Origin: Mycoplasma sp. CAG:611
GTDB lineage: Bacteria; Bacillota_I; Bacilli_A; RF39; UBA660
Direction of reading: 5' to 3'
Assembly: GCA_000434175.1 (NCBI GenBank)
Contig: HF999800.1
Coordinates: forward strand, 60,947 to 116,462
DNA: 55,516 nt
Below, in pieces: positions 19,801-26,346 of this stretch (position 1 is the stretch's first letter; each line of letters begins with the position of its first letter). The position numbers and the translations under genes were made by a program. Under the pieces are notes generated by a model. That model searched no databases and was not told the DNA's origin. It saw only the letters and a list, made by a program, of their open reading frames with translations.

Positions 19801-20025
19801 TGTTTCATATAGAAAAACATCTTTTGTATCACTAAAGTTTTGATATAATTTATTCGCTTCATATATTGTAGGAGTAACTACGATTATTCCATTATCTGTT
19901 TCTTTTAGTAATTTATTTAAATAAAGCGAAAAAAAGCCTAAATTCATTCCTTTTAGGCCTATGTTATTTTCATTATAAGTTTTAATAATATTAGAAAATA
20001 TATTCATAACATCATCTCGATTCAT
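16807..20025 (-). CDS. mfd: transcription-repair coupling factor
   Basis: 1072 aa with a CarD/RID-like domain (GDYVVHDSHGIGVY) and superfamily-2 helicase motifs GDVGYGKTEVA, DEEQRFG and QLYQIRGRVGRS. Confidence 0.97.
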   Translation of the reverse strand: MNRDDVMNIFSNIIKTYNENNIGLKGMNLGFFSLYLNKLLKETDNGIIVVTPTIYEANKLYQNFSDTKDVFLYETDDVLTSLATSKSPELKVEKLNILKESLNNNKKIIITDINGYLKKLPSINDFKNNIIKLKIGTDINLKNIVDNLYEIGYEKETLVTKPGEFGVRGFILDIFPLNEENPIRIEFFGDTIESIRYFEVESQKSLENIDEIEIYSISKTSEKYSSLYEYLNNPLVIFKDYSQIKISYERIMNDIFELNIENPLYDINDIDGKKINYYFDLDDDTSLAKKVVNLNIKNVERFNSNIEIINKYLEESLKFNKTVIICLSTINVNNFIEILNIPYLLTDIVNIKENNINIVKYDLKEGFILDNYIFISEYELYNKKKKTKRRKFNFNFATRIKDLNKLEIGDYVVHDSHGIGVYNGIKTLSKNNMLQDYIEVLYADNDKLYIPASKIELISKYTGKEGYAPKINSLNSVAWEKTKQRVKEKIRYEASRLLKVQAERSLKKGFSFSKDSEMQTLFENEFIYELTQDQIKAINEIKKDMESDLPMDRILCGDVGYGKTEVAFRAAFKAINDSKQVLYLCPTTLLSKQQYESALERFKNYPVKIGLLNRFTSKKEEIKILKELEEGNIDFVIGTHRLLSDDIKPKDLGLLIIDEEQRFGVAHKEKLKEFKSNIDILTLTATPIPRTMQMAMVGLRNLSLIETPPKNRHAVLTYVLEENNKIIKDIIYKEMSREGQVFILYNKVETIERKVKELQLLVPDARIIYAHGKLPKNELEDIMNKFINKEYDCLVCTTIIETGIDIPNANSLIIYDASNFGLSQLYQIRGRVGRSERTAYAYLMYNKNKTLTETAIKRLKVIKEFTELGSGFNIAARDLSIRGAGDILGAEQAGFIDAVGIELYMKMLNNEIKILKGEKIEEEKIKQTPLIEVNNHIDNNYVSEEELKLTIHKMINNITNIDSYNDIKKELEDRFGRLDNNMIIYMNEELFESYLRNLEGKILINNDLFIEIVFSKEISEKIDYEDLIVTSLNISKDIIFSYKDNKLHIKLKKYNKDKSYIITLNNLLEKMC

Positions 20026-20566
20026 TATATTTACTCATTACTTTTTCAAAATCTAAATTTATAAAATCATTAATTATATTATTCGTTATTTCAAATTTTT
20101 TATGTAACTTTTCTAGTTCTTCTTGATTAAATTTACTTAAAACATAAGATTTTGTATCAATATTTAAATTATTAGAAATACCTATTTTTAATCTTTTAAA
20201 TTCTTCGGTATTTATATTTTGAATTATATTTTTAAGTCCGTTATGACCACCACTTGAACCTTTATATTTTAATTTTATTTTAAAACAAGGCATATCAAGA
20301 TCATCACTTATTATTAATAAATCACTTAGATTAATTTTAAAATAATTAACATATTTTTTAACAACTTCTCCAGATAAATTCATATATGATAAAGGTTTTA
20401 AAAATATAACTTCTTCATTATTTATAACTTTCTTTAGATACATTCCATTAAATTTAGTTTTAAACTTTTCATTTTTTAAATAATTATCTATTACCATAAA
20501 ACCAATATTATGCCTTGTGTTTTCATATTCTTTTCCTGGATTTCCAAGCCCAACGATTAGTTTCAA
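20012..20566 (-). CDS. pth: peptidyl-tRNA hydrolase
   Basis: MKLIVGLGNPG..Y..TRHNIGF start and GGHNGLK motif. Confidence 0.95.
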   Translation of the reverse strand: MKLIVGLGNPGKEYENTRHNIGFMVIDNYLKNEKFKTKFNGMYLKKVINNEEVIFLKPLSYMNLSGEVVKKYVNYFKINLSDLLIISDDLDMPCFKIKLKYKGSSGGHNGLKNIIQNINTEEFKRLKIGISNNLNIDTKSYVLSKFNQEELEKLHKKFEITNNIINDFINLDFEKVMSKYNESR

Positions 20567-20579
20567 AATAACTCACCTC

Positions 20580-21359
20580 TTATTTTTCAATATCTATTAT
20601 TTGCCCTTCTTCAGTTTCAATTTTATATTTTTTAGCAAATAAATCAACGTATATTACTTTACCAGTTCCTTCTTTTGTTTTTATAACTTCACCCACTCTT
20701 GGCAAATCTTTTTTATACTCAAAATAAGATTCATTTTCATAAGCTAGGCAACACATAAGTCTTCCACAAACACCGTTTATTTTTTCAGGATTTAATGCTA
20801 GGTTTTGATTTTTAGCCATATTTATTGAAACACCATTTAAATTATCTAAAAAGCCATGACAACAAAGCTTTCTACCGCATTGACCGTAACCACCAATTTC
20901 TTTTGCTTTATCACGAACACCTATTTGACGAAGTTCTATTCTTGTTTTATATATACTTGCAAGTCTTTTTGCTAGTTCACGAAAATCGACTCTATCATCT
21001 GCTAAAAAGTTAAATAAAAGTTGCTTTCTATCAAATGTAAAAGATGCGGATAAAATTTTCATATCTAAACCTAATTCATCTTTTATTTTCTCACAATCTT
21101 CCATTGCCTTAACAGAGTCTTTTAAATTTATATTATTTTGTTTTTCATCTTCATTATTTGCTTTTCTTAAAACATTTTTTACTTCACTTTGAAGTAATGA
21201 TTTATCTATATTAATTACACTAGTCTTAACAATACCATATTGTTCTCCACGCTCAGTTTCTACAATTACAGCATCTTTTTTAGTCAAAGGTAAACCATTT
21301 ATATTAAAATAATATATTTTATTTGAATTAGCAAAACTTATCCCTATTACATCTATCAT
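20580..21359 (-). CDS. ricT: PSP1-domain stage 0 sporulation protein YaaT/RicT
   Basis: PSP1 C-terminal domain with Cys cluster CGRKLCCHGFL...CGRLMCCL. It lies downstream of holB as in Bacillus. Confidence 0.85.
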   Translation of the reverse strand: MIDVIGISFANSNKIYYFNINGLPLTKKDAVIVETERGEQYGIVKTSVINIDKSLLQSEVKNVLRKANNEDEKQNNINLKDSVKAMEDCEKIKDELGLDMKILSASFTFDRKQLLFNFLADDRVDFRELAKRLASIYKTRIELRQIGVRDKAKEIGGYGQCGRKLCCHGFLDNLNGVSINMAKNQNLALNPEKINGVCGRLMCCLAYENESYFEYKKDLPRVGEVIKTKEGTGKVIYVDLFAKKYKIETEEGQIIDIEK

Positions 21360-22294
21360 AAATTACCTCCTGAAAAAGTTATAATAAAATTATTTATAAA
21401 CAATTCCTTATTTACATTATAACTTGATTTCTTTTGAAAATCATTAATAATTTCAATTTTTCTTATTATATCATTAAATTCATTAAAATTACTAATATTT
21501 TTTATAATATCTATATTGTTTTCAAAATATTCTATTTTTCTTTTTAATTTATAATTTAAAATATCTATATATAATTTAATTCCTATATCAAATAAAATAT
21601 CAATTTTATCAGTAAGACTAAAAACATCATAAAATGCAATTAATTTTGTTTTATCTTTTTCTAATTTTTCATAAAATTCCATTATATTTATAATTTGTTT
21701 TTCAACAAAAAGATTAAATTCTTCGTTTGGAGATATTTTTTCATATATTTTTTTAAAAATATTATTATTTATTTTTTCTTCCTTTATTAAGGATAATACC
21801 TGACATCTTGAAATTATTGTATCTAAGCAATTGTAAATATTATTTGTTAAAAGAATTGCTATTATGTTAGGACTTGGTTCTTCTAAAAATTTTAAAATAG
21901 TATTTGCTGAACTTCTATTTAATAATTCAGCATTTTTTATTATATAAATTAAATATTTTCCATAAAGTGGTTTCACGCTAAATTCTTTTTGCAATTCTAA
22001 TAATTGTTCTTTCTTTATTATTTTTGAATCTGCTTCTATTATTTTTAAATCAGGATAATTATTTGTATCTATATTTAAGCATATATTACAAGAAGAACAA
22101 GGACTATTGTTTTTTTTCTGACACAAAAAAGATTTTGATAAAGACATAGCAATATCAAATCCATAAGGACAATCATTTGTTTCAATTAAATAAGCATGTG
22201 ATATTTTATCACTTTTTATTATTTTTGAAACTTGATTATAAAATAATGGTTGTTTTTCTTTGTAATCTTCTAACATTTTTACCTCTTTATGCAA
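21356..22294 (-). CDS. holB: DNA polymerase III subunit delta'
   Basis: The HAYL motif, a Cys-rich zinc module (CSSCNIC), the KFLEEP motif, and SRCQ. Position matches Bacillus. Confidence 0.85.
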   Translation of the reverse strand: MHKEVKMLEDYKEKQPLFYNQVSKIIKSDKISHAYLIETNDCPYGFDIAMSLSKSFLCQKKNNSPCSSCNICLNIDTNNYPDLKIIEADSKIIKKEQLLELQKEFSVKPLYGKYLIYIIKNAELLNRSSANTILKFLEEPSPNIIAILLTNNIYNCLDTIISRCQVLSLIKEEKINNNIFKKIYEKISPNEEFNLFVEKQIINIMEFYEKLEKDKTKLIAFYDVFSLTDKIDILFDIGIKLYIDILNYKLKRKIEYFENNIDIIKNISNFNEFNDIIRKIEIINDFQKKSSYNVNKELFINNFIITFSGGNL

Positions 22295-22469
22295 TTAACA
22301 AAAATGCAATAATAGTAACCAAACCTGGGATACCTAAAAGTCCCACAAAAACAATAGAAAATATATTTATGGGAATTATTAAATTTAAAGGTAATGATAT
22401 TAGATTATAAATATAAAGAATAAATGGTGCGAGTAAAAATCCTCTTAAAACTTTCAGTATTTTTTTCAT
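22287..22469 (-). CDS. bofA: pro-sigmaK processing inhibitor BofA-like small membrane protein
   Basis: 60 aa with two TM helices and a GLLGIPG motif. It lies downstream of recR as in Bacillus. Confidence 0.5.
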   Translation of the reverse strand: MKKILKVLRGFLLAPFILYIYNLISLPLNLIIPINIFSIVFVGLLGIPGLVTIIAFLLIA

Positions 22470-22503
22470 AGTCCTCCCTTAAAATATATGAAATTAATAT
22501 ATT

Positions 22504-23100
22504 TTATAGTACTTCTTTTCTATTCTTTATTGCAGATTCTAAAGTAAGCGAATCTACATAATCTAAATCTCCTCCAATTGGGATACCACTTGCTATTTTA
22601 GTAATTGATACATTTTTATTTTCTAAAATTTTCTTTAAATATAAAGATGTTGTATCAGCTTCGATACCTGATTTTATTGCTAAAATAATTTCTTTTATGT
22701 TATCTTTATCTATTTTCTCAACTAATGACTTTATTTCAATATCATTTGGGCCAATATCATCCAGAGGTGAAATTAAGCCCCCAAGAACATGATAATATCC
22801 TTTAAAATTACCTATTTTTTCAAACAAGAAAACATCTTTAGAGTCTTCTACCACAATAAGTGTATCCTTTGTCCTTGTTTTATCTTTACAAATACTACAA
22901 ACTTCTTCATCAGTTAATGTTCCGCATTTTTTACATGGATGAATATTCTTTTTTGAATTTTCTATATTTTTACTAAATTTATCACATTCTTCTTCGCTAA
23001 AACGCAATACTGCAAAAGCAAGACGTTCTGCTGTTTTTTCGCCAATTCCAGGAAGAAGTTTAAATGATTCAATTAAATTACTTAATGTTTTTGGGTACAT
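22504..23100 (-). CDS. recR: recombination protein RecR
   Basis: LPGIGEKTAERLAF HhH motif, C4 zinc finger (CKKCG...CSIC), and a Toprim domain. Confidence 0.95.
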   Translation of the reverse strand: MYPKTLSNLIESFKLLPGIGEKTAERLAFAVLRFSEEECDKFSKNIENSKKNIHPCKKCGTLTDEEVCSICKDKTRTKDTLIVVEDSKDVFLFEKIGNFKGYYHVLGGLISPLDDIGPNDIEIKSLVEKIDKDNIKEIILAIKSGIEADTTSLYLKKILENKNVSITKIASGIPIGGDLDYVDSLTLESAIKNRKEVL

Positions 23101-23103
23101 AAA

Positions 23104-23400
23104 CTACATAAGCCCTGGCATCATATTAGCATATTTACCAAGTTTTTTATTAGTAATATCATCAATTTGTTTAAATGCGTCATTGATAGCTATAGTAAGC
23201 ATATCTTCTAAAATAGATAGATCTTCTTTTATATCTTCATCTTCTTCAATTCTTATACTTTTAATATTTCTAGTTCCTTTTACTATTACAGTAACTAAGC
23301 CATTTTTTCCTGTAAATTCCATTTCGTTTATTTCTTTTTGTGCATTTGTAATTTCTTTTTGCATATTTTGTGCTTGTTTTAAAATTGCTTGCATATTCAT
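23104..23400 (-). CDS. ybaB: nucleoid-associated protein YbaB/EbfC
   Basis: 98 aa with the MQ..LKQAQ.MQ start, located between dnaX and recR. Confidence 0.9.
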   Translation of the reverse strand: MNMQAILKQAQNMQKEITNAQKEINEMEFTGKNGLVTVIVKGTRNIKSIRIEEDEDIKEDLSILEDMLTIAINDAFKQIDDITNKKLGKYANMMPGLM

Positions 23401-23417
23401 ATTTAATCTCTCCTTTT

Positions 23418-25055
23418 TTATTGTATTTCAACAAAATCTTGACCAAAAAGGTCTAATGCATCTTTTATTGTTTCTTTTGTTTCTATTTCTATTTTATCAT
23501 ATTTTTCTTGTTCTTTTGGTTTTTCAATTAATATTTCTTCTTTATAAGTATATTTTATTCCATTTTTTTTATCCAAAATAAACTTATTTTTTATTGTTTC
23601 CCATTCATCATCTAAAACAAAGGAAACTTTATAATTTTTATTAACAATTAAATAAATTAATGATTCAATTTTTGACACGTTTAATAAAGCATTTTCTAAT
23701 ACAGAATCATATTTAAATGATATAATTACATCTTTTTCTCCAACCACACGAACATTTCCATCAATCAAAAAAGATACAACACTACCAAATTCTTTATTAT
23801 ATAAATAGTCAGATAAGTTTATCCAACATATTTTTAAATCTTCAAGTAGACTTTTATTAGCAAGTGCTAACGCATTATTTATTCTAATTTTATTTAATTC
23901 GAATGTTTGTTCGTTTAGACTATTTGCTTCTTTTATTTCTGTTTTTTCAATATTATTATTTTTTTCTTTTTTTATTTCAATAGGAAATTCCTTTTCTGAA
24001 AAAGTATTTTTCTCTTCAGAAATTTTATTATTTTCTAGCAAAGCTTCAATTTTCAAAAATGAAACCTCTAACAATACTTTTTGATAACTACTATTTTTCA
24101 TATTATTAACTGTATCATTTAAAATATCTATTATTTCAAAAATATCACTTTTGTTTATTTCATATTGTTTATTACTTATTAACATATTTTTTAAATATTC
24201 AATCAACTCAGTCGTAAATAAAATAAAATTTTTTCCTTTTTTTCCTAAATAATCAATTTTATCCAATGCTTCTTTAGTATCGTTTTTAACAAGATAATTA
24301 ATTATATCAGACAATTCCTCTTCTTTTACAATTCCTTTTATTTCATAAAAATCATTTGTTGTAATATTAGTAGAACAACAAGCTAATTTATCAAGTAAAT
24401 TAATTGCATCTCTAAGTCCTCCATCAGAGTATTTTGCAATTAAATTTAAAACTTCTTCCTCTACTTTTATTTTTTCTCTTTCTACGATAAATTTCAATTT
24501 ATTAACAATATCATCTTCACTTATTTTTTCAAAATTAAAGCATTGACATCTTGATATTATAGTTGCAGGAACTTTATATAATTCGGTTGTAGCTAAGATA
24601 AATACAACATGTTGTGGTGGTTCTTCAAGGGTTTTCAATAAAGCGTTAAATGCTCCGATCGAAAGCATATGAACTTCATCTATAATATATACTTTATATT
24701 TTGAAATAGAAGGCATTAATGTAACCTTATCCCTTATTTCTCTTATCTCATCAACACCGTTATTTGAAGCAGCATCCATTTCAATAATATCTGGATGATT
24801 TTTTTCATTAAATGCTATACAACTCGGACATTTTTCACAAGGTTTATCATCTATTGGATTTTCACAATTAAGTAATTTAGCAATTAACTTTGCTATAGTC
24901 GTTTTACCAGTACCTCTAGGACCAGAAAATAAATATGCATGTGATGTCATATGTCTTTCAATAGTATTTTTCAATATTTTTGTTACATATTGTTGGCCTA
25001 CAACTTCTTCAAATGTTTGTGGCCTATATTTTCTATATAATGCAAGATAACTCAT
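23418..25055 (-). CDS. dnaX: DNA polymerase III subunit gamma/tau
   Basis: LYRKYRPQTF start, GPRGTGKTT Walker A, zinc module CEKCPSC, DEVHML, and SRCQ. Confidence 0.95.
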   Translation of the reverse strand: MSYLALYRKYRPQTFEEVVGQQYVTKILKNTIERHMTSHAYLFSGPRGTGKTTIAKLIAKLLNCENPIDDKPCEKCPSCIAFNEKNHPDIIEMDAASNNGVDEIREIRDKVTLMPSISKYKVYIIDEVHMLSIGAFNALLKTLEEPPQHVVFILATTELYKVPATIISRCQCFNFEKISEDDIVNKLKFIVEREKIKVEEEVLNLIAKYSDGGLRDAINLLDKLACCSTNITTNDFYEIKGIVKEEELSDIINYLVKNDTKEALDKIDYLGKKGKNFILFTTELIEYLKNMLISNKQYEINKSDIFEIIDILNDTVNNMKNSSYQKVLLEVSFLKIEALLENNKISEEKNTFSEKEFPIEIKKEKNNNIEKTEIKEANSLNEQTFELNKIRINNALALANKSLLEDLKICWINLSDYLYNKEFGSVVSFLIDGNVRVVGEKDVIISFKYDSVLENALLNVSKIESLIYLIVNKNYKVSFVLDDEWETIKNKFILDKKNGIKYTYKEEILIEKPKEQEKYDKIEIETKETIKDALDLFGQDFVEIQ

Positions 25056-25144
25056 TTTGCACCCCCCTTAACTAACAATAAAGTATAAATAAATTATATC
25101 ATAAAATTTATTTATTTAACTATATTTTTAATAATTTTTATATA

Positions 25145-25160
25145 TGTTTCACGTGAAACA
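25145..25160. promoter_or_regulatory. parS: parS (ParB/Spo0J binding site)
   Basis: TGTTTCACGTGAAACA, a perfect 16-bp palindrome matching the Bacillus parS consensus TGTTNCACGTGAAACA. The palindrome extends to 24 bp (25141-25164). Confidence 0.85.
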
Positions 25161-25238
25161 TATAATTATTTAAATAAATGCTATTTTTTATCTATAAGTT
25201 ATGAAAATGTTCTATTTATTACAATAATCTTACCCAAT

Positions 25239-25254
25239 TATTTCCCGGGAAATA
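25239..25254. promoter_or_regulatory. NBS (Noc binding site)
   Basis: TATTTCCCGGGAAATA contains the B. subtilis NBS core ATTTCCCGGGAAAT exactly. The palindrome extends to 22 bp (25236-25257). Confidence 0.8.
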
Positions 25255-25298
25255 ATTTGTAACAAAAAATTAACAAAACTGTTTTAGAAAAAAAGTAA

Positions 25299-25314
25299 TG
25301 TTCCACGTGGAACA
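25299..25314. promoter_or_regulatory. parS: parS (ParB/Spo0J binding site)
   Basis: TGTTCCACGTGGAACA, a perfect palindrome built from the other allowed parS half-site. Confidence 0.8.
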
Positions 25315-25402
25315 TATATTATTATTTAAGTGTTATTTAATAACATATTATGTTTTATTATTATAAATACAATGCTATATATAATAATATAATATATTTC
25401 AA

Positions 25403-25418
25403 TGTTTCACGTGAAACA
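25403..25418. promoter_or_regulatory. parS: parS (ParB/Spo0J binding site)
   Basis: TGTTTCACGTGAAACA. The palindrome extends to 28 bp (25397-25424). Confidence 0.85.
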
Positions 25419-25497
25419 TTGAAAATAATAAAAAAACATATATTTTTCATTCATAAGTTATGAAAATGTTCTATTTATTACAATAATCTTACCCAAT

Positions 25498-25513
25498 TAT
25501 TTCCCGGGAAATA
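25498..25513. promoter_or_regulatory. NBS (Noc binding site)
   Basis: TATTTCCCGGGAAATA, a perfect match. Confidence 0.8.
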
Positions 25514-25556
25514 ATTTGTAACAAAAAATTAACAAAACTGTTTTAGAAAAAAGTAA

Positions 25557-25572
25557 TGTTCCACGTGGAACA
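25557..25572. promoter_or_regulatory. parS: parS (ParB/Spo0J binding site), also the terminator hairpin of tadA
   Basis: TGTTCCACGTGGAACA within the 24-bp palindrome GTAATGTTCCACGTGGAACATTAC (25553-25576). T6 follows on the minus strand. Confidence 0.8.
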
Positions 25573-25989
25573 TTACTTTCTCTTATCTTTAAAAAAAGCG
25601 CTTAAAGTTTCATTATATCCATATATGTCAAGCAATTTATTAATTCTAATATTTTTTTTATTTGCAGTTTCTACATCTTTATAATTAGATTTCAATAAAT
25701 AATATACGTTTTTTATTCGAGATTCGCCTATTGCAGATAAACACATATTGCATGGCTCTAGTGTTACATATAAATCACATTCATTTAATCTCCAAGATTT
25801 TAGTTTTTTACAAGCTTTAATAATTGCTAAAATTTCCGCATGATATATAGACACTTTTTTTGAATTCTTTTTATTATATGCCTTTGAAATAATTTTATTA
25901 TTCATAACAATAACTGCTCCCACAGGGATATTTCCTTTGTTTTGTGCTATTTTAGCTTGTTTAATTGCTTCAATCATATATTTATCCAT
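25573..25989 (-). CDS. tadA: tRNA-specific adenosine deaminase
   Basis: CMP/dCMP deaminase zinc motifs HAEILAI and PCNMC. The start is moved to MDKYMIEAIK (25989, GGAGG RBS). The longer ORF-track start would overlap the SRP RNA. Confidence 0.9.
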   Translation of the reverse strand: MDKYMIEAIKQAKIAQNKGNIPVGAVIVMNNKIISKAYNKKNSKKVSIYHAEILAIIKACKKLKSWRLNECDLYVTLEPCNMCLSAIGESRIKNVYYLLKSNYKDVETANKKNIRINKLLDIYGYNETLSAFFKDKRK

Positions 25990-26007
25990 ATAACCTCCAA
26001 TAAAAAA

Positions 26008-26079
26008 GTGCACACATATAGGGATTATTAAGGCTGCTACTTTCCAGTCCTGACCTGGTTCTAATATATATGTTGCACG
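26008..26079 (-). ncRNA. ffs: signal recognition particle RNA, short 4.5S-like form
   Basis: The minus strand reads GTGCAACATATA...ACCAGGTCAGGACTGGAAAGTAGCAGCC...TATATGTGTGCAC. This matches the domain IV consensus CAGGUCAGGUCCGGAAGGAAGCAGCC with a GGAA tetraloop. The 5' and 3' ends pair, T6 follows, and a promoter precedes it. Confidence 0.8.
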
Positions 26080-26085
26080 ATTTAA

Positions 26086-26114
26086 ATATTATATTAAATC
26101 AAATTAAAAGTCAA
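26086..26114 (-). promoter_or_regulatory. sigmaA promoter of ffs
   Basis: On the minus strand: TTGACT, then TAATAT at a 17-nt spacing (or TATAAT at a 15-nt spacing). It ends about 7 nt before the SRP RNA 5' end. Confidence 0.55.
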
Positions 26115-26126
26115 TAAAATTATGAA

Positions 26127-26142
26127 TGTTCCACGTGAAACA
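26127..26142. promoter_or_regulatory. parS: parS (ParB/Spo0J binding site)
   Basis: TGTTCCACGTGAAACA, identical to the B. subtilis consensus site. Confidence 0.85.
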
Positions 26143-26222
26143 TTGAAAATGAATTTTAAATATGTATTTTTTTATTCATAAGTTAGAAAAATGTTCAGTT
26201 TAATACAATAATCTTACCCAAT

Positions 26223-26238
26223 TATTTCCCGGGAAATA
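26223..26238. promoter_or_regulatory. NBS (Noc binding site)
   Basis: TATTTCCCGGGAAATA, a perfect match. Confidence 0.8.
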
Positions 26239-26281
26239 ATTTGTAACAAAAAATTAACAAAATTATTTTATAAAAAAGTAA

Positions 26282-26297
26282 TGTTCCACGTGGAACA
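26282..26297. promoter_or_regulatory. parS: parS (ParB/Spo0J binding site)
   Basis: TGTTCCACGTGGAACA within GTAATGTTCCACGTGGAACATTAC (26278-26301). T6 follows on the minus strand. Confidence 0.8.
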
Positions 26298-26314
26298 TTA
26301 CAATATTAAATATA

Positions 26315-26345
26315 AAAAGAGTGTTTTTTTAATAAACACTCTTTT
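26315..26345 (-). terminator. intrinsic terminator after gyrA
   Basis: 12-bp stem AAAAGAGTGTTT/AAACACTCTTTT with a 7-nt loop, directly after the gyrA stop. Confidence 0.65.
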
Positions 26346-26346
26346 A

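Larger units (their letters stand above)
25141..25316. repeat. parS-NBS-parS cassette, copy 1
   Basis: About 175-bp unit bounded by CACGTG-centred palindromes with a CCCGGG-centred palindrome inside. Positions 25194-25315 are identical to copy 2 except for one A in an A-run. Confidence 0.9.
25397..25576. repeat. parS-NBS-parS cassette, copy 2
   Basis: Same architecture as copy 1. Its right-hand palindrome overlaps the tadA stop codon. Confidence 0.9.
26125..26301. repeat. parS-NBS-parS cassette, copy 3
   Basis: Same architecture, about 90 percent identical to copies 1 and 2 by eye. It lies between the gyrA terminator and the ffs promoter. Confidence 0.9.

Noticed and set aside
21968-21985. 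parS half-site-like GGTTTCACG within holB.
   Set aside because: Only one half-site matches, with about 5 mismatches over 16 bp. It is probably a chance occurrence.
25332-25346. 15-bp palindrome TGTTATTTAATAACA between cassette copies 1 and 2, considered as a further protein-binding site or a DnaA-box-like element.
   Set aside because: It is a single occurrence in almost pure A/T DNA. It matches neither the parS, NBS nor TTATTAAC patterns, and palindromes of this composition are expected by chance.
25419-25470. Micro-ORF inside the cassettes. On the minus strand copy 2 reads ATGAATGAAAAATAT..., giving MNEKYMFFYYFQCFT-stop.
   Set aside because: The reading frame is not conserved between copies. 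Copy 3 reads MNKKIHI-stop, there is no RBS, and the frame runs into the parS palindrome.
25141-26301. The three ~175-bp repeats as a CRISPR array or as a MITE/transposon.
   Set aside because: Unit size, irregular spacing (a gene and an RNA lie between copies) and the absence of short direct repeats with unique spacers exclude CRISPR. I see no target-site duplications, transposase or other copies in the window. The palindromes are exact matches to known chromosomal protein-binding sites. A mobile origin cannot be fully excluded without the whole genome.
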